Virus record (IMG/VR): IMGVR_UViG_3300033463_000084
Strand: one strand, 5' to 3'
DNA length: 20,000 bases
DNA from: an uncultured virus (IMG/VR IMGVR_UViG_3300033463_000084)
Lineage: Duplodnaviria; Heunggongvirae; Uroviricota; Caudoviricetes
A program made the position numbers and the translations under genes. Of the stretch, positions 15,451 to 20,000 are shown one piece after another. The first letter of the stretch is position 1; every line of letters begins with the position of its first letter. A model generated the notes under the pieces. That model was not told the DNA's origin, made no database searches, and saw nothing but the letters and a program-made list of their open reading frames with translations.

Positions 15451-18387
15451 ATGAGTAAATACACACCAGCCTTGTACGGCATTACCGAAGATGTTGATTC
15501 GACACTGAAAAGGTATCACAACTTTGCTTTCAATAGGCGCGACTGCGAAGAATCGCTGAACGACGATACAAAAGACGAACTCTACCGCCACGTTTTAAAA
15601 ACGTTGCTCGATTATATGGAGCAATCCGACGATGTTGTTGTTGGCGCGAAGATAAAAACCAACGACGGCAAAGAGGCTGGCGACATATTATGGCAGTCGG
15701 GCGGCTACTTTCAAGTGCGCTGGCTGGGCGATGTAGGCTCATTCGGCAAGCGGGTTAGGTGGAATGACCCCAAAAAGCCCAAAACCTATGACGCGGCCAT
15801 TGAGATATTTTTCTCAACGCCCCACATTGGAGCCGACTACCAAAAAGAAAACTGCACCGTAGAGCCAATCTACGGCGTTATATTCGACTATTACAAGTGG
15901 AAAGGCCAACCAACCGAACACCGCTTCAAGGTTGGCGACAAGGTTAAGTATGTTGGCGAAAAGCGCGGCTGGCAGACCGCCAAAGGCGCGATATGGACAA
16001 TCGTTAAAGCCTACACCAAAAAGGGAGCGCACCTATACACCGCCAGCAACGAAAAGGCAGGCACGTTGACCGATTTTACCGAATCCGATTTTGAAGCGGC
16101 CACGCCCGACGAGATTGCCAACGCACCGCAGTTGCTCACACCCGGCGAGTTGGCCGCAAAGCGTATGGCCGAAATAAACCGCAGTATGTATCACAAATAC
16201 AAGGTTGGCGACAAGGTAAGATTTCAAAAATACACGTTCAAAGACGGCAGTCAGTTTTATGTTGGTACGATTGTCGATATTGATTATACCATTAACCAGT
16301 ATATCATTCAAGACGAAAAAGATAGAAGCATAAAATACCACGTAAACGAAGCCGAAATTGACGAGTTGCTGGACGAATACACCGACCGCGCCAAACAACT
16401 CAAACTATTAAAACTCAAATCGAAAGCCGCAAAAGCAAAACTGGCGCTTATGAAGATTGACGGACTGGCCGGTTTGGGCTGGCCGCACTTTCCGTTTGTG
16501 CTTGCCATTAAGGAATTTAGGAGCGCAAAAAAACAACCAGTAAATTTATGGATTACCAACGATAACGCCGCCGTTCTTTTTGTAAAGAAAAAAGAACAAA
16601 AATCTTATCCGGCCACCTCAAACGAGTATTTATATCAGCAGTTGCTTCGGCTTTGCCGCGAGCGCGACATATTGACCCATTGGTACAACTGCAAGGTATC
16701 GCCGCAAGCATACGATTTTGCCGAACACGTTTATTCGGTTGGCACTTATTCAACCGACCTCAAGACGGAATATGAGGCAGGGAGCGTTGAGTGGTTTACC
16801 AAGCAACGGTTCGACACAATGACTGTCAAGGAAATAGAGACAAAACTCGACGAGTTGGAAACCGAAATCAAAGAGTATGTTCAAAAGATAAAAGAAGATA
16901 ACTCCACCATTGAGAGGCTGAAAGAGGGCAGCTATTGGCGCGAACAATACGACACAATAAAGAGCAAACACCCCGACGCTATTCTGCTTTTCCGTGTGGG
17001 CGACTTTTACGAAGCCTACTACAACGACGCGAAAGAGATAGCCCCAATACTGGACATTACGCTCACAACCGCTGGCGATAGCAAAATGGCCGGCTTCCCA
17101 GCCTACGCCATTGACACCTATCTGCCCAAACTTGTACGTGCAGGCAAGCGCGTGGCTGTTTGCGACAATATTATCGACAATAAATTAGTCAAAAAAGGCG
17201 CTGGCAACCTTAATCTGCTCAAACTCAAAGCCAAAGCCGCGAAAGCAAAGCTGGCGTTAATGCAGCTGGACGGCTTCGATTTGGGAATGGCCGTCCACCA
17301 CAACAGTCCCTACTTGCTGAAACGTGCCGACGGTTCATTTATCGACCCCGAAACTGGCGAGTGTTTAGGCTTTGACCACCGATTTATGGCAAGTGGCGAG
17401 GGTTGTCAGTCGCACGGCTGGGGCAGTTATTTTAGTGAGAATGATAGACGAAATTATGCTAATAATCAGCGCAATCCCAACAAATACAAAGGGGTAACGT
17501 CCGACGAAATCGACAAACTCAATCTTGAAAGAACGGAGCGCGTCATTGCAATGTGCATATTAGGCGATATGGACTTATATCCGCAACGCACGGTAGAGGA
17601 ACTTATACAAGAATACATACGCGATATTAAGATAAATACTGCGCTGGTAGAAAAAAAACTGGCCTTGCTGTTAAAAATCAAAAATATCGGCGATGACAGC
17701 GTGAAATATTGGAACAAATCGGTTGAAAGACAAAAGTTGTGCGAGAAGATTGATAAGATACTTGGCGACAGCGAGGCTGGGCGAAATGTATATATGAACA
17801 TTGCTTCGTCGCTGCGATACGACCGTATGGCTTTCAGTCGAATCATAAACGAATACGAAACTACCTGCGATTCGGTGTGTGTCGAAAATGAGGAAGAATT
17901 GGCTGCGTTTGAAAGATTAAACCCCGATGATTTTGAGCGCGTCGAAAAAGAACGCCACCACTACGAGGTTGAAATTCCCGACAACGACGGCACAAACTAT
18001 ATTGAAGAACAAAAGAATTTGACCGACAAGCAAATACAAATGGTGCTGGACGGTTTAAGCCGATGGAAAGTTATTGATGTTCGCACTAACGACTGGCTAA
18101 AACCATACACAAACCCCGACGGCAAACCGTATTCTTACTTGCGCGGCGGTAACTGGAAAGGCGAAAACCTATACAAAGAATTTTGCGCGGCCTTTGATTA
18201 CGAACACAATTATAGAGCTATGAAGCCAGCCGACGCTGGCCGACGCGCCAGCCAATTCCTGCACGATTGCGGATTTGTCGGCATACATTATAGCAGTTAT
18301 TCCGACGGCGAATGTTATGTCATTTTCGACGAAAACGACGCGAAGATTACCAGCCATAATTTATTTGGGCCCGAAACCAATAAATAA
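15451..18387 (+). CDS. Polyvalent protein: two SH3/KOW-like modules, MutS domain I and an ADP-ribosyltransferase-like domain
   Basis: FKVGDKVK and [31 protein letters not shown]...MAGFP...[16 protein letters not shown] at 16945-17166. VHHNSP...[15 protein letters not shown]...GFVGIHY...YVIFD. Two copies of the basic motif. Confidence 0.85.
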   Translation: MSKYTPALYGITEDVDSTLKRYHNFAFNRRDCEESLNDDTKDELYRHVLKTLLDYMEQSDDVVVGAKIKTNDGKEAGDILWQSGGYFQVRWLGDVGSFGKRVRWNDPKKPKTYDAAIEIFFSTPHIGADYQKENCTVEPIYGVIFDYYKWKGQPTEHRFKVGDKVKYVGEKRGWQTAKGAIWTIVKAYTKKGAHLYTASNEKAGTLTDFTESDFEAATPDEIANAPQLLTPGELAAKRMAEINRSMYHKYKVGDKVRFQKYTFKDGSQFYVGTIVDIDYTINQYIIQDEKDRSIKYHVNEAEIDELLDEYTDRAKQLKLLKLKSKAAKAKLALMKIDGLAGLGWPHFPFVLAIKEFRSAKKQPVNLWITNDNAAVLFVKKKEQKSYPATSNEYLYQQLLRLCRERDILTHWYNCKVSPQAYDFAEHVYSVGTYSTDLKTEYEAGSVEWFTKQRFDTMTVKEIETKLDELETEIKEYVQKIKEDNSTIERLKEGSYWREQYDTIKSKHPDAILLFRVGDFYEAYYNDAKEIAPILDITLTTAGDSKMAGFPAYAIDTYLPKLVRAGKRVAVCDNIIDNKLVKKGAGNLNLLKLKAKAAKAKLALMQLDGFDLGMAVHHNSPYLLKRADGSFIDPETGECLGFDHRFMASGEGCQSHGWGSYFSENDRRNYANNQRNPNKYKGVTSDEIDKLNLERTERVIAMCILGDMDLYPQRTVEELIQEYIRDIKINTALVEKKLALLLKIKNIGDDSVKYWNKSVERQKLCEKIDKILGDSEAGRNVYMNIASSLRYDRMAFSRIINEYETTCDSVCVENEEELAAFERLNPDDFERVEKERHHYEVEIPDNDGTNYIEEQKNLTDKQIQMVLDGLSRWKVIDVRTNDWLKPYTNPDGKPYSYLRGGNWKGENLYKEFCAAFDYEHNYRAMKPADAGRRASQFLHDCGFVGIHYSSYSDGECYVIFDENDAKITSHNLFGPETNK

Positions 18388-20000
18388 AAAAAACTGAAAC
18401 TATGAACGTGATTAAAGATGTATTGCCCCACTTGTTGAGCAAAAAATATAAATGCGAACCCGACGGACGCATAATTGACCCACAAGGCAGAAAAACCGAT
18501 GTGTGGTTTACCGACGATTGTTTGTTTGCCGTCCGTTGTGGTGCGCCCGATGTTGCAAAGCGCGTTTTGGCCGTAGCCAAGATACTGCAAGGCGTAAAAT
18601 GGCAATACGTGCTGCCAATCGCAGCCAATGGCAGCGACTTGTTGTTTGTCGATTTGGAATCAGCAAAAGATTTTGGCAAGTTATACGAAACGTTTTTAGA
18701 CCGCGACAGCATAAACCCTCTTTGGGGGCGCGGCGGCTATGCCGGTTGGCAAAAGGATATTGAAAAGCATTATACTGGCAAGCCGGGCGAGTTGGATAAT
18801 TGCATTGCCTCTAATTTCATTAGAGAATTTTATAGCCAGTTCGGAATCGAATACGATTTGGACGAAACCAAAAAGGCTCTCAACAAGATTGATTATGGCG
18901 CATTGGTGGCCGAGTTTTGCAGACATTTAGAGGTTCTGCAAAAGTACGACAACGACCAATCAACGCCTTATTCGACAAAATCGGACTTGCTTGCATACGC
19001 CCGAAACCGAATCGTCGAAATAGACAAAGGCAAAACACTTTACGGCCAGCTGGAAAGCCGCTACAAATGGGCTTTTGTCAACACTCCGGCTATTCCCAAA
19101 AAGGATATTGGCAAAATCGTCAGCGACTTTGCCAGCACTGATTATATAAGGCCACAACTAACCGGCATTTATCACGACCCCGACGGCTACGCGGTGGCAA
19201 CCGACACTTACACACTGATTGCCACGCCAAAAGTTTTCGACGCTAAACGCAGCGGCGAAATTGTCGCCCCCGACGGCAAGAAAATAGATGGTATCTATGT
19301 CAACTGGCGTGCGGTTGTTCCGTCGCTCGACAAATACTGCAAGCTGCCAATCAATATCGGCCAGTTATGCGAGTTTGTGTTGACGGCTAAAAGGCAGGCC
19401 GAAGTGAAGCGTGTTCAAACGCCCACAAAAGAATATATTGCGATACAAGCGTTACACCCAACCACAAACGAGCCGATAAGGATTGTTTTTGAAAGCACAC
19501 ACATACTGCGATTTCTTACCGCTGCAACCACGTTTGGCAACGGGTCATTATACGTAACAAGAAACGACGCAACGGCATATTGCAGCATACTATTGTTTCA
19601 AACTGACGAGGAAAGGCCGTCGTATGTATTGGCTGTGCCTTGCCACGCAAGCGGTTATGACTTTTTGGCTGGCCGTATTTTTGCAAACCGATATTTGCTT
19701 GATTTGGATTTTAATACCGTTTTCGCCAATGTTTTCGACGCAACCAACCAGCAGCCAACCAGCGGCGGCGATAAAACCAAACAACTCAAATTACTGAAAC
19801 TGAAAGCCAAAGCAGCAAAAGCAAAATTAGCGTTAATGCAGCTGGACGGCTTCGATTTGGGAATGTCCGTCCACCATAATAGCCCCCACTTGCTGAAACG
19901 TGCCGACGGCTCATTTATCGACCCCGAAACCGGCGAGCGTTTAGGCTTCGACCATAAGTTTATGTCAACTGGCGAGGGCGCACAAGCGCACGGCTGGGGA
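17215..20000 (+). repeat. Dispersed duplication 17215-17424 / 19791-20000
   Basis: Colinear, ungapped and highly similar DNA, e.g. the shared GCGTTAATGCAGCTGGACGGCTTCGATTTGGGAATG. The second copy runs off the window. Confidence 0.95.
18402..20000 (+). CDS. Polyvalent protein, 3'-truncated: beta-clamp-like domain, basic motif, start of a second ART-like domain
   Basis: Missing from the ORF track because it has no stop in the window. Hand translation from ATG 18402 (MNVIKDVLPHLL...) is open for 533 codons and ends ...GEGAQAHGWG. Confidence 0.85.
   Translation, partial: MNVIKDVLPHLLSKKYKCEPDGRIIDPQGRKTDVWFTDDCLFAVRCGAPDVAKRVLAVAKILQGVKWQYVLPIAANGSDLLFVDLESAKDFGKLYETFLDRDSINPLWGRGGYAGWQKDIEKHYTGKPGELDNCIASNFIREFYSQFGIEYDLDETKKALNKIDYGALVAEFCRHLEVLQKYDNDQSTPYSTKSDLLAYARNRIVEIDKGKTLYGQLESRYKWAFVNTPAIPKKDIGKIVSDFASTDYIRPQLTGIYHDPDGYAVATDTYTLIATPKVFDAKRSGEIVAPDGKKIDGIYVNWRAVVPSLDKYCKLPINIGQLCEFVLTAKRQAEVKRVQTPTKEYIAIQALHPTTNEPIRIVFESTHILRFLTAATTFGNGSLYVTRNDATAYCSILLFQTDEERPSYVLAVPCHASGYDFLAGRIFANRYLLDLDFNTVFANVFDATNQQPTSGGDKTKQLKLLKLKAKAAKAKLALMQLDGFDLGMSVHHNSPHLLKRADGSFIDPETGERLGFDHKFMSTGEGAQAHGWG

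Noticed and set aside
16945..17166. Calling the 978-aa gene mutS
   Set aside because: Only domain I is present; there is no connector, lever or ABC-ATPase domain.
18..19784. All minus-strand ORFs and the short out-of-frame plus-strand ORFs in the track
   Set aside because: They are shadows of longer, motif-bearing plus-strand genes that already tile the window, including the unlisted ORF 18402->20000.
18402..20000. Calling the last gene dnaN
   Set aside because: Only a compressed part resembles the clamp, and it is fused to unrelated modules.
17215..20000. Template/variable repeat pair of a diversity-generating retroelement
   Set aside because: Differences are not adenine-specific (many are C/T third-position changes), both copies are coding, and no reverse transcriptase is in the window.
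1..20000. Stop-codon reassignment as in some large gut phages
   Set aside because: Genes tile densely under the standard code, and TAA, TGA and TAG each end genes directly before the next start.

Overview
This window looks like part of a large phage or integrated phage-like element with a Bacteroidota-type host (TAnnTTTG promoter, AT-rich translation starts mostly without Shine-Dalgarno); every credible gene is on the + strand. It has four zones. (1) 1-4100: tightly packed small phage genes (YopX-like, ASCH-like, Cys-rich paralogues, Zn-ribbon, membrane peptide, HExxH protein), several joined by a recurring 35-bp junction repeat. (2) 4109-4908: an AT-rich GNAT toxin-antitoxin-like pair with its own promoter. 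(3) 4909-5396: a dense non-coding region with pseudoknot-capable hairpins, a terminator, a perfect 28-bp palindrome and two 10-bp-periodic arrays. (4) 5397->20000: a cluster of polyvalent/DarB-like proteins (LPD1-like zincin, adenine methyltransferase, Strawberry-notch SF2 helicase, MutS-I, ART-like and beta-clamp-like domains). The most striking signal is a ~20-aa peptide ([19 protein letters not shown], then G or DG) repeated four times in three proteins at domain boundaries, which suggests a shared targeting or processing tag. GATC appears to be absent from the whole window. All domain calls are motif recognition by eye; no database search was run.
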